Shown: one piece after another, positions 40,020-53,442 of the stretch
How positions within the stretch are numbered: the first letter of the stretch is position 1
Layout: each line of letters begins with the position of its first letter
Source of the DNA: Carcharhinus amblyrhynchos
Lineage: Eukaryota
Direction: 5' to 3'
Assembly (NCBI GenBank): GCA_965287045.1
Contig: OZ336873.1
Coordinates: 26,040,001-26,104,000, forward strand
Length of the DNA stretch: 64,000 nt
Notes under the pieces: model-generated
What the model was told of the DNA's origin: nothing
Seen by the model: the letters and a program-made list of their open reading frames with translations, nothing else
Database searches by the model: none
Program-made: the position numbers and the translations under genes

Positions 40020-43000
40020 CTATAGCAAGATGCATTTATAATCCACCTTTAAAGAGGCAGAAATGTCGTAAATTGCTTCAAAGGAGCATTAACAGGCAAT
40101 CACTGACATTGAAATAAAAAAAGATATTAGAATGGATATCCAAAAACTTGATCAAAGAAGTAGGTTTTAAAATACATCTTAAAGAAGAGCAAGACGGAGA
40201 GTTTTAAGGAAAGTAATTCCAGAGCTTTGATCTTGGACAAATGAATGAAGTTAGGTGAATGGGGCCTGGTGTGGATACAGACAGCAAAGTTTTGAATCAG
40301 CTTAAGTTTAAAGAGATTGGAGATAACAACAACATGGATGAAGGTTTCCGCAGCAGCTGGGGAGAGGCAGAGAAGAGTGTCATTAGGGAGGTGGACGTTG
40401 GCAGTTATTGTGATATGGCAGGATATGAATCACAATTCAAAGCTAAATAGGATGCTGAACTTACAAATAGATTGATTACATCCAAGATAGTGACCAGGAA
40501 AGTCAGATGGAATTGGTAGCGAGGGAATGGAGTTTATGATGGGGGCTGAAAATAATGGCTTCAAACTTCACAATATTTAATTGGAAGGAACTGTGGCTCA
40601 TTTAGGGCTGGTAACTGGACAGAGTCTGACAACACAGGCAGTGGAAGTGATCAAATGAGGTCATTTTGTGGTGGAGTTGGATCAGTTAGTTTTCAATCCT
40701 AGCATCATGTCTTTGGAGGGTATTGGTGAGGGTCAGCATTACCTATCTTTGCTCCACATCCCTTGATATCTTTGCCTAACAAAAATCTATCTCCACTGTC
40801 CTCACAATTATCTGAGCATCCGCAGCTTTTTGTGAGAAATGTCCCCTATATTTTTACATTGGTCCTCCTGATTTCACTTCTGGATGTCAAGGCTTTAACT
40901 TTAGGATTATGTGCTGTTGTTCTTGATCCCTCTATAAGAGGAAATAGGTTCTCTGTATTTACTGTATCCAATCCTTAAATGAGAAGACCAAGATGAGGAA
41001 GTTAAAGGAGGGAATTCCAGAACTTGGATTTCCGACTGCTGAAGGGCACCAGTGAACAGGGCTAGATGCAGGTTGAGACACGGATTTAAGTTGATCCTTT
41101 CAAACCATTTTAAAATTTTAAGTGCCTCAATTAGATCACCTCACCACATATAATTTAATCCTCAGGTTCAGTATTATTCTGGCAAATCTGCACTGCATCC
41201 CTCCTAGACCAATACATCAAGAGCTTTGATGAAAGATCATTGATCTGAAATGTTAACTCATCACTCTTCACAGGTGCTACTTGACCTGTTGACTGACTCC
41301 AGCATTTTATTTTTGTGTTTATTCCAATATATCCTGGATGAATTGCAGTGTTCAAAACTGAACAAAATACTCCAGATGGGTTTGACCAATTATAACTACC
41401 TCTTCTTTACACTTAAGATAAAACAATATAGGTGTTTTGATAGTTACTTGCACCACTCTTCACAGTTTAAATGAATTATGCGTGTTGATTCCTAAATCTC
41501 TTTGTTCCTCTAAAGCTCCTAATTTTTGAAACAATACTTAAATTCATCTTTCCAAAATGGATGGCATCAGGTTTAACTACTCAATTTGTTCATGCCCCCT
41601 TAAAATTTCCTGCTCCCATTTGGACTACTTACTGTCACCCCTAACTTACTGCTGTTTGCAAGCCCAGATGGTCAACCTTTTAGGTCTTGATCCAAGTCAT
41701 TAATAAATTTGATGCAAATTTGAGGCCTCAGAGCAGATCTCTGTGGAATGCCACCTGCCACATCCAGCCAGAGTGGCTGCCCTTCAGTGTCACTCTCTAC
41801 TTTCCATCTCCCAATTAATTTCCAACCCAAGTCAAAAGGCTACCTTCAGTTCTGCATGTTCTTGTTTTTGCTCATAATTCCTTGTGTGAAATCTAATCAA
41901 ATGCCTTTGTGAAGTCAATATAGGGAAACAAACATATATGCTACCTTATTTGTAACATCCTCTAAACATTCAATCAATTTAGTCAGACATGACTTATTCT
42001 CCACAACTGATGTTAAAAAGGTACATTTTAAAGAGGAGCTTTAAACAATTAAAATGACAATAATTTAGGAAGGAAATTCTAAAGCATGAAGCCTAGACGG
42101 TTGAAGGCATACCTATTAATGGGTGAGCAAAGAGAGGGAAATGCACAAGTCAGGGGAATTGAGTTTTGACAGAGCGGTAAGGCTGGAGGAGATTAGAAGA
42201 CAAGGCTATGAGCCATTCAAACATGATGAAGAGAATTTTAAATGTAACATGTCAGAGAACTGGAAGCCAAAGTATGTCAGCAAAGACAGGAGTGATACGA
42301 GGGGGATTGGTACAAGATGATATATATAGGCAGCAGAAAGATGAGTTAACGATTACAAAGGATAGAGAATTTGAAACCTGCCAGGACAGCAGTAGAATAG
42401 TTGCCTCTAGCGTGTGACACATTGTGGGGTCAGGAAGAAAAATTTTGGATAGTCTCAATTCTTAGCAACAAAGATGTACATGAGCTCTGCACACATGCTC
42501 TTAGAAGTGATGGTGGAGGGGGTGGGGCGAAGCACAAGGAGACAGTCGGTGGGACATAAAGTTGTTTCGGCAGAGTATAGAGGGGGTCTGGTGCTGCTTG
42601 TTGTGGTTCAGCCAGATTTGGTGATGCATGCTAAATGCTCAAGTCTATGTCAGTTGAACTTGTGGTGGTGGAAGAGGGGATGTGGGCCATGCCAAGAACA
42701 AAAAAATGTTTAAGACTGAAGGTTTGATTGGAGGCTACGGCATTAATAATAAAGATGAGCAGCAGTTGAGCAGATTGAAGATCTAGGTTTACACTAATGG
42801 CGAAAGGAAGGCCACGACAAGGAATGTTACATTTGAAAGTGCCTGGTGCAGAAAAAGCAGTTAAAAGTGGGTACAGTGAAGCAGTTGACGAAGGAAACAA
42901 GAAAGTGGTGATAAATGGTCATAGCTGCAATTGAAGCTATGGGTGAACACAGGCTACAGAAGCAAGGCAACAGAAACAATTACTGTGAATATTGATACAA

Positions 43001-43100
43001 GTGTTAATGTGGAAAATGAGGTTCACAAAATGAGCAGAGCATGAAATCAGAAGGCAGGACAAAGTGAATTGGAACTGAGATTGAGACCACTGAGGGTTAG
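40020..43100 (-). mobile_element. Interleaved decayed L2 and CR1 fragments
   Basis: L2 tails (GCATTTATAATCCACCTTT at ~40030), L2 body remnants and CR1 RT remnants (~40740-42000). Confidence 0.6.
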
Positions 43101-46100
43101 GAGTTTCTCAATGCAGAAGCAGAGGGAGGGGAGCAATGAGGAACATGACTTAGAAAAGGCAACAGAGATTGAAGATTTTAAAAAAGGTGAAGAAATGGGT
43201 GGAACATTTGTAAGATGTTTGAAGAAATTGCCAAATAATTAGGAGAGTACCTCCAATTTCCAAGTCAGTGATCATATGCATCATGTATTTTGTGAAGCTA
43301 ATCGATGATATCTACAAGTACCACTTGCATTATACTCACCAGTGAAGTTGCAAATGAGATCCGAAAAGCAGATTATGCAATCTTTAAATTGATTTTTTAC
43401 GACCCAAAAGTCCATTCCATCAAATGATTTGCCAATATTATGTTCCCAAAAAGACTGATTGGGCAGAGTGCAATTCACGACACTAAGAATGTTCAGTTTC
43501 AGTCAAGCCATTTGGCAAGACACTGACTAAGAAGTCCCTCCGCAAAAAGAAAATCATTTTCAATTTGCCAAGCAAGTCATATCATGAGTTTCTCATGCAT
43601 TTCTTTTAAAAGGTAAAATTAGACTTAGGTGGAAGAATAGCATGTGGAATGAGGAGTTAATTTTAATAAACATGTTAATTCCCTTTATGCATCCAGACAC
43701 CGCATCACTGCCCGACTTGTTAAAGCATAATCAGATCAATGCTGATGGAAACAATTAGGTTGCACAAGTTGTTTTAGCATCAAGATCCAATATGCAGCAT
43801 TAAGATGGAATTTCAACCGCACACAGCTGAATTTCAATACTGCTTGTGGGTAGAGAAACAACAAGCCGTTTTTCCACTTGCACCTATGGTCTATTCAAAA
43901 GAGCAATAGCAGGAGCCCAAGATGAGATTACAGTTCTACCATTTCAGCTACAGTTGTTGAAGGGATCAGGGAAAAATAGTCAAAAGGTGTGTACCATCGC
44001 CAGGACAGACTTGCCAAATCCAATCTTCACCCTCTGCCTGCACTGTAATTTTCTTTTAAATGTAACAAATTATTTCCATCAGAAAATGCCAATGAATGTT
44101 CTTTGATTTTGTTAACTTTGGATATACCAAGAGTAAATGAGCTTGCTTTCACACAATACAGCTGCAAATGGCTGCTTTAGGAATAGGTGCCAAGTTTTCT
44201 TTTCTCAGGCAAGAAAAAAAGAGAAAAATGGAGAGGAAGTTCTTCCTGCGGTATCAGATTGAGAGGTTTAGGTACAGATCTCTTTCTGTGCTTAACTGCA
44301 GAACAGGTGTGGAGAACAGCAGTAAAATCTCTTGACTTCCTCCTTGCAATTCGAAGAGCTTTAATTTTAATCAATAGTTAAAACGAGGGTGTAGGTCAAA
44401 ACGTGAAATGCAAAAATTAAAGCAGACTTACTTCAATACATTTGATTAATCACAATTTTGAAAATTGGAATTTTTCACAATGATGGATGTAAATTAAGCC
44501 TATTGTATTCCTCCATAAGTAGCAGCCCTTAAATTTAATAGAGTCAATGGTTATCACTTTTCCATTAACTTACTGGCCTGTGCAAAAACATTAATAGGGG
44601 AAGTCCTGTAGTCATAGAATGGACAGATAGATGCAGACAATAATTGCTCGTTCATTCAGTTCTAGTGTTATCTGGACACAATACAAAATGCTGAAGCTCT
44701 ACACATTTTGTAAGCTCCTAAATATTATATTAAATATTGTATAACTGTTAAGAAATTGTATTTAAAATTGTTTAATTTCATATTGTAGCTCCCTTAATTT
44801 GTGCAAAATAAACAGTCTAATAAGTTAGCAATCATTTATTTTCCATGAAAAAAGTTCAGTTTATTAGAAAGTTAGGGCTGTGCATAAAAAGGGTGTTGTA
44901 TAGATAAGACATAAAAAAAAACATATTAAGCATTCATGATCTGCCACTGTTCCAAATAATATTTTACAAATAGAAACAACTGTGAAGCTTTTTTGTAAAA
45001 AGGTTCAATTCCAATTTATGCCGTTTTAAATTAGGATGAAATCTGATGTCTAAACTATAAAAATTCAGCATTAATTCAACTTTGTATTTAGGAAAATAGA
45101 ATTAAAGATGTATTATCTCTTGAATGTGAAATATGCCATCATGTTATGAAATACTTTAAGACAATCTCCGGAGCTCTCAACTTAAGACATCAATACATCA
45201 TATGACTCACTTAACAGCTAACACCAGGTGCATTCAATTTACTTGTACCTTCAGAGACTTCCAGATAATTTTAATATTACACTGGTGTGTATCATTGATA
45301 ATGAGTAGAACTGCTGTTAGGTATTGGATTGGCAAAGTCTATCTCTAATTAGTAACTGTCCATATCACGATAAGGTAAACTCAGTTTGACCTTTCCATCA
45401 TGTATCTATAGCAACCCAGCCAGTTTATTTTTAAACTGATGAAATAGCAAATAGTAAAAGATCCTCAATTAGATATGGGTGATTAATTAACACATTTTGA
45501 TTGGAATAAACATTTCTTCTGAGGACTGTACGAGTCATGCGTTCGAGGACTATTGTTGAAAGGAAGCCTGAAAAAAGCCAGTGATTAAGATGCAGAGTAG
45601 CTTAGTTTCAAATACCTAGTCCTTCTGCCAAGTCCATATCCTATCTAATGAGGGTGTAGTTACTTAACATTCATCACCAGTGAACTCTGTAACTTTATCA
45701 GCTTACAAGCATGGCGCCATTGCAAGGCCAGGCCATTTTCAGTTCTCAGATAGTACAGATAAAAGTGTGATAGATTACAATAGATTGTTTCACTTGAGAA
45801 TATGTGGCTCCCAGAACACACAATATAGTTCCCATCAGTTAGCTGGGGGAGGAAAATGAATGAAAAAGACAATAAGAGGAATAGGATAAGAAACAAATTC
45901 TACATAAACAAGAATAATTAAGAAAGGGGAGATTGAATTACAAAGAAGAATTAAACAAGAAATTAAATTTAAGATAACAAAGTGAAGGAGAAGGGAGAGA
46001 GGGATATCCATTGTATAGCAGGAAAGGAAAAGACTAAAGCGAGTGGGAAAGGAAAAAATAGCAGGGTGAATGCAAATTATCAGGGAACAGGGAGAAGTGG

Positions 46101-47138
46101 GCCAAAGAATCAACAGTAACATAAAAGGAAGAATTAGTTGTAGTACAATGGAAGTGTGCCATAAATTTATCCTTGAACTCAATCTTAATAAAATGCAACA
46201 AATATGAAATAGAAATTGAGTTAATTTAACAATAGGATTATAGTGCTAAGTGTTAATCCTTATTTTAATTTGCACAAGAACATTTCAGAACAGGTTGTTT
46301 ATTTATTGAATCTATCTTATCCTTTTTGAGAGAAGCATTTTCTTTCCTGTCAACTAAGCTAAGCAAATCATTCAACAAATTTCCAACAGCATGACATACA
46401 ATTCAGGAACAGTTTGTAATTTGATATATTTTAGAACACCTGCTGCATACTCATCAGACGCATTTCTTGGAAAATCATAAATTACCAGGAAATCAGAAAG
46501 GATGACAGTTGGCTCCATCAAGTGAAAGGAGAGTTGGATCTCTAAAATTGAAGGCTGATGTTGGCCAGAACTATCACTAGCAGCCATTCACATTTTATTC
46601 TAAAGTTGTTGCTTCAAAGACAGTGGGGGAAACCATCTCTTCAGGCTATGGCTTAAAAAAAGTACTACTGTTTGCTGTGGTCATGGTGCAAGACACATAC
46701 AGTATTAGATGCCTGTGAAATCCTAAACACAGCCTTGTACTTGGTCATATTTTTGTCCTTAGATTTACACCAGATTTCTGGTACAATTTGTAAGGCACTG
46801 ATCATTCTCCAATATCTCACCCATGTGACTACTCACATGCGAACTATGGCCTTGAACACACTTGTGCCTTGCCCTGTCCTCACTATACGTCAAAAGTACA
46901 GGATGTGTGGTAGAGTTCATGATTCACATTCATTGATTAGCCATTGCAATACTAAGGAAACTCACTGTTGTCAGCATGAACATTTTCCAGTTCTGTTCTA
47001 CAATAAAATATTTGAATAATCACTTAAAATGGAACAATACCCACCATAACGTTTGTGCAAAATTCCAAAGAAAATGGTTAACAACAACTAATTCAGAATG
47101 GACAATATATCGAAGCAAGGATTTTCTAGTTTTTATTG

Positions 47139-47555
47139 TCTGGATAGACTGGGACTTCTCTCTTTGGAGCGTAGGAGGCTTAGGGGTGATCTTATAGAGG
47201 TCTATAAAATAATGAGGGGCATAGACAAGGTAGATAGTCAATATCTCTTCCCAAAGGTAGGGGAGCCTAAAACAAGAGGGCATAGGTTTAATGTGAAAGG
47301 GGAGAGACACAAAAATGTCCAGAGGGGCAATTCTTTCACACAGAGGGTGGTGAGTGTCAAGCTGCCAGAGGTAGTAGTAGAGGTGAGTAATTTTTGTCTT
47401 TTAAAAAGCATTTAGATAATTACATGGATAAGGTGAGTATAGAGGGATATGGGCCAAATGCAGGCAATTGTGATTAGCTTAGGGGTTTAAAAAAAGGCGG
47501 CATGGACAAGTTGGGCCGAAGAGCCTGTTTCCATCCTGTAAACCTCTATGACTCA
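47139..47555 (+). mobile_element. CR1 3' fragment
   Basis: LDRLGLLSLERRRLRGDLIEVYKIMRGIDKVDS...KTRGHRF, tail GGGCCGAAGAGCCTGTTTCC...CTCTATGACTC. Confidence 0.92.
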
Positions 47556-48095
47556 GTCACTGTCTCTGCCAGCTACATCATAATCTGGTATTAACAGTTC
47601 ATAATTATAGCATAAACGTTTGTTTTTAAAAATCTCAACTAAGTTTCTGGAAGGTGCACAGAATACTATTCATCTTTCCAACTTATCAACAACTTCATTT
47701 ACAGGCAACATAGATGACGAGTGAAATGAAAGATTTCAGCTGTGCAGAACAGAGTGCCCTAGAGAATTGAAGAGTAAGGTTATAGCCCACGAGTCTTCTG
47801 CCCTCCATTCTAACACGATATGGGTAAAATAGTGGACATCAACATGGCAGCCCATTCCAGTCATGAACTTGACGTGCCACTGATCTTGGGTCACATTCAA
47901 ATCACAGACAAATGGTGTAACTGGGACTCTGATGGAAGTTCTTCAGCGTTAACAGTCTTTGTTATTCCTTTCACCACCCCTTACGTTCTGCACGAAAAGC
48001 ACAGTCCAACCAGTGATATCCTTACCATGCCTTATATTAAACTTCCAAATACAAAAATGTGATGAGCTTGTTCACAAAGAAAGGACAGAAATAAA

Positions 48096-49261
48096 GGGCC
48101 TGATTTTACCACTGCGGATGCGTATACATGCTAAAGTCGGGCGTGAAACCATTAACTTGATCCGTGCCCGTGCAGATGGCCACTTTACTGAGGCCTGGGA
48201 ATGGCTGCGATCTGATTCACAGCCGAAATGGCGATTTAAATTGAATTAACGAACTACCCGCCCAACTTCATCAGCGTTTCCTCCTTTACCACCGCGTTCG
48301 CCAATCCAGAATCAGGCCGAAATGGACATGCTAAATAAAAGTCTGTTTTGGGCACTCCAGCTGCTGAAGAGGTGAGTTCAAAGCTTCCAACGGCTCTCTG
48401 ACTCAGACTGGTGATGGTGGTGGTGTGGGGCCCTGATCGTTCTCTGGATGGGGCGGGGTGGGGGTGAAAATAGAATTTTTTTAGAATTATAGAATCCCAC
48501 AGCGCAGAAAAAGGCCATTCTGTCCATCGAGTCTGCACCTACCATGATCCCATCTTGGCCCTATCCCCATATCCCTACATATTTACCCATTAATCCCTCT
48601 AACCTATGCATCCCAGGACACTAAGGAGCAATTTAGAATGGACAATCAACCTAACCCGCACATCTTTGGACTGTGGGAAGAAACCAGAGCACCCAGAGGA
48701 AACCCACGCAGACACAGGGAGAACATGCAAACTCCACACAGACAGTGGCCTGAGCCGGGATTCGAAATCAAGTCCCTGGAGCTGTGAAGCAGCAGTGCTA
48801 ACCACTGGGCTACCGTGCCACCCAAAGAAGGAGTGAGGCCACATCGTTCTCTGGTTTGGGGGGTGAAGGGGGAGAGGGAGGCAGGTGAGATGAATCTCTG
48901 GTGGGGGTGGTCACGATCGGTCAGGGTAGTGGGGAGGGGTGGATAAGGGGGACAGTTATTTTGTGGGGGTGCACGATGTCTTTGGGGGCCTGTGACGTCT
49001 GTGGGGGCCATCGCTCCCAGGCCACTTTATCCGCATTCTGCTGCTCGGGAGCAATCTGACACAGGTGCTCTTTTTCAATTTTTTTCTAACTGTGCATGCA
49101 CAGTCCAGAGTTCCAATTGTTTCAGGCCCACAGTGCGATTCAGATACTCGATTTTCTTTTCAGGCTAACTGCTAATAGGGACCCCTGAAAGCTGATTTCC
49201 AAGTCAGATCTGAATTGCACCCAGATTCAGCACTTCGAATGAAAATGGTAAAACCTGGCCC
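48096..49261. mobile_element. Non-autonomous PIF/Harbinger-type DNA transposon
   Basis: 16-bp TIRs GGGCCTGATTTTACCA / TGGTAAAACCTGGCCC (14/16 match), flanked by AAA on both sides (3-bp TSD). CpG-richer interior. Confidence 0.8.
48471..48823 (-). mobile_element. HE1-type V-SINE (CR1-like tail B) nested in the DNA transposon
   Basis: Full head GGGTGGCACGGTAGCCCAGTGGTTAGCACTGC, B box TTCGAATCCC, V-domain, tail GCAGACTCGATGGACAGAATGGCC...ATTCTATAATTCTA. Confidence 0.9.
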
Positions 49262-49639
49262 AAAATTTATGATAACCAAGTGCTCAACTCATCATGCACT
49301 ATTTCACAGTTCCACATTCTACTCCCCTTCTGAGGTACTCAGCCACTCGTTTCAGCAAAGCTGGTGCTGTTGTTCTTGAGAGAATTTTTACGTTTACTGT
49401 GGCCAGCTGCTGCTCAACTCTGACAGGGTCTAGCTACAGATTGCTGAACTTTAGCCGCCAGACGGCTCAAGCTGAACTAATTTTCTGGAACCATGCTAGG
49501 TGCTACTTAAGATGTTGGCAAGGAACAAGCGTGACAACATATGCCGCTCCTGCTGTGCCCACGATCATTGTGCCACTCCCAGTCCTATCAGGCTTATCAT
49601 TGTTATGATGTGGAGGACCACGTGCCTCCTTGACAGTCA

Positions 49640-51700
49640 AGGGTAGCCTCAAGGGTGAGTTCGTTGAATGTATTAGTGATTGTTTCTTGGAGCAATATGT
49701 TATGTAACTAACCAGACAGCAGCCTATTCTGGATTTGGTATTCTGTAATGAGCAGGGCTTAATTAATGACCTCATAGTTAAGGATCCTCTAGGGAAGAGT
49801 GATCATAGCATGAAAAAATTCAAAAGTGAGAAATTGGAGTCCCACACTCACATTCTGGAGTTAAACAAAGGTAATTACACAGTTACAAGGAGAGACTTGG
49901 GCCTAGTGGACTGGGCAGGAAGGCTAAAAGGTAGGGCAGTTGATGAGCAGTGGCAGTTGTTTAAGATGATATTCAGTTTCTCCCAGCTAAAATATATTCA
50001 AGAATTAAGATTGTAAGAGCAGGAAAAAAATCCATGGCTAAGCAAGGAAGTTAAAGACAGCATAAAGACAAAGACCAGAGGCAGACTGGAAGATTAGGAG
50101 ACATTTAAAGATCAACAAAGGGTTTCTAAAAAAGTAATAAAAAGAGCGTCAGTAAAATATGAAAGAAAACTAGCACAAAATATAAAAAAGGATAGCAAAA
50201 GCTTCTGTAAGTAGATAAAAGGGAAGAGAATACATAAAGCGAATGTTGGTCCCTTAGAGGATGAGACTGGGGTGTTAATAACTAATACAGCAATGGCAGG
50301 GTTGCTAAATCAATATTTTGCCTCAGTTTTCACAATGAAGAACACTAGTATCATCCCAATAATAACAGAAAGGAAGGAATTTGGAACAATTACTCAACAA
50401 ACTACTGGGATTGAAGGCAGACAAGCCCCCAAGATCCTGATGGCCTACATCCTCAGGTCTTAAAGGAAGTACCAGCAGAGGTAGTGGATCGACTAGTCAT
50501 TATATTCCATAATTTCCTGAATGCAGTTAAGGTTCCAGTGAATTGGAAAAATGTTACGTTAATGTCCTTATTTAAAAAAGGGAGCCAGAAACTAGGAAAC
50601 TATAGACCAGTTAGTTTAACACCTGCTATCAGAATCCATTATTTAGGAAGTAATAACAGGACATTTGGAAAGTCAAAATGCAATCCATCCGAGTTAGCAT
50701 GGTTTTATGAAGGTTGAAATCGTGTTTGACTAGATTGCTAGAGTTCTTCAAAGAATCACCAAGCAAAGTGAATAATGGAGATCCTGTAGCTGCAGTACAT
50801 CTTCACTTCAGGAAGGCTTTCGATAAGATACCACACAGAAGTTAATACACAAGGTAAGGTCATATGAGGTTAGGGGCAATATATTAGATTGGACAGACGA
50901 CTGACCAACCAGCAGAAAGCAGAGAGCTGGGATAAATGTTTGGCGAGACTTAACCAGTGGAGAGCCACAGGGTTCGGTCCTTGGGCCCCAACCATTTACA
51001 ATCTATGTTAATGACTTGGACAGGAATAGAAGGTACTATAGCCAAGTTTGCTGATGACTCTAAAATAGGTGACATAGTAAGCTGCAATAAAGAAATAAGC
51101 AATTTACAAATGGATATAGATAGGTTAGGAGAGTGCGCCAAAATTTGGCAGGTGGAAAATATGATAGAGGTTATTCATTTTGATTGAAAAAACAGAATGG
51201 CAACTTATCCAAATGGACAGAAACTTCAGGGTGCTTCAGTGCAGACAGATCTGATTATCCTCACGCATGAATTGTAGAAAACTAGTATGCAAATACAGCT
51301 GATAATAAGGAAGGCACATGGAATTTTGGCATTTATTTTGCCTAAAGAAATAAAATATAAAAATAGGGAAGGGTGAATGGAGAGAGGATGTGTCCTCTTG
51401 TGAGGCAATCTAGAGCAAGAGGTCACAGTTTTAGGATAAGGGGTAGCAGATTTAAAATGGAGATAAGGAGAAATTACTTCTCACAAAGGGTAACAAATCT
51501 GTGGAATTCACTGCCCTAGAGTATGGTAGATGCCAGGACATTGAGTAATTTTGAGGAGATAGATAAATTGTAATTGAAGGATTACGGAGAATGAGCAGCA
51601 AAGTGGAACTGAAGTCAAGACAAGATCAACCATGATTGTATTGAATGGTGGAGCAGGCTTGGGGGGCTGAATGGCCTACTTATGCTCCCAGTTCTCCTTG
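49640..51700 (+). mobile_element. Decayed CR1 ORF2 with internal deletions
   Basis: LDLVFCNEQGLINDLIVKDPLGKSDH (EN), LFKKGSQKLGNYRPVSLT, IAKFADDSKIG (RT) and a 3' tail. Confidence 0.92.
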
Positions 51701-53442
51701 CATTCTATTCAATACCTTCTCCGTGCTACATTTGTTCCAGTGGTGCACCAATTTTTGAAAAGTATTCAATCCCAAACACTGACACATCTTACATTGACCC
51801 GAAAAACTTGCGTGCCCCCCAAATAATTTATTTTGGGATCCTAATTCTTCTATAAAAAAGTTTTACTTCTTTAGGTAAGATGCTGGTAAGCAAACAAATC
51901 CATTGGATTCTGTGTACTAATACCAATATCAGGGCATCCCAACACATTGTTGTCTCCTTCAATGTAATTAAGTAAGTATCCCGCTTTCACAGTTAAAATT
52001 TCAAAATCAGATAGATTTTTGTTTTTTAAATGTGTTAAGGAATATGGAACAAATGTAGGTCAATGGAGTTGATCATATCACTCATGATCTAACTGAATGG
52101 TGGAACAGGCTCAAGGACCTACATGACCCCCTCATTACATTAAGACACAAGCCAAAAAAAGTGGGTCAGCAGCCTACAGCACTACCGAATCAATTTGCTT
52201 AGGTGATTAATACGCAGTAGTGCCACAAATAATAAAGGCATTGTTTTCCAACATAACATGACATTTTTATCACTAAATTATAGTGGATGCTGTTCCATTT
52301 AACTAAGTATTCACACAATTATTTTTAGTGTGGAACTAAACTGGAGCAGTCATTCTCTCAGTGCCTCATAGTTCCTAAAGAATGTGAATCATGAACTTGA
52401 CCAAACAACCCAAGCTACTGTAAATCATGGACTTCATACTTCTGACTTTATTCATATATTAGCCAATCAATTCACCTGAGGGGTGCTCTCTGGTTAACAC
52501 AACCTCTGGTCCAATGGCTGACTTTTTATTCAAAATAAGGATCTACGATGACACTAACAAAATAGTAAACTAAAAACTAAGCTTTACTATGTGATACTAC
52601 TAAAAAATGATTTGATGGCAATAGCTCCCAAAAAACATTCGTGATACTGTCAAGTATTTTTCTCTTCACTGGTAGCTTTTTTGCATACAATGACAGTGAC
52701 TTAATTTTCATCATTGTCATTTTTGTTCAATAGTCAAAACTTGATAACATCTCACCAGCTAATTTCAAATCACTTTTAAAATCACAAACATGCACGACCA
52801 ATTTTGGTCTGCCCACCTGGTGAACAGGAGAGCAAAACTGATAACATCAGCTCCATCTAGTTTAATGCTTTATTTTTAAGGCATTCCCAAAGGGAAAAAG
52901 AAAACCAAAAAACACAAAGGAGGGCTGCTTTTTTGTACCAGTGTCAACTCCATGGAAAGCAGGCAGCAGATACAGATGGAGTAACCAGTTGGAATGGGGT
53001 TAAAGAAGCAGTGCACTGCATTGCTTAGCATGAAGGAGGAACATCCAGTAAGTCAGTCATGAGGCTAGAAGTACAAATGGCTGCACCATAAATTTGAGCG
53101 GCACTACCTGTAAGCATGCAGACTGTTTTTTGATCCAAGTAATACTACTTAACAAAGGCAGACAGCCACAACACTACAAGGTTTCCCCTCAGACAGAAAT
53201 TCTTTTCCCTCCTCCGCACACAGTCATCAAGAAGCCGCACGTAAATTCATTACTTTGCCTAAAGAAATATGGACAGACTAGCAAATGCCCAGATCATGGT
53301 CATTCTGAAGGTTGCCAAACTTTCAAATTTTCTTTTTTTCAGCTCTGACTCAATTAGCACTTTCAGTCCAAAATTAATATTTTAAAAAAGGCATCAGAAA
53401 ATGCTATGCTCAATCCCCTGAAGACAGGCAGTCAATCACACC

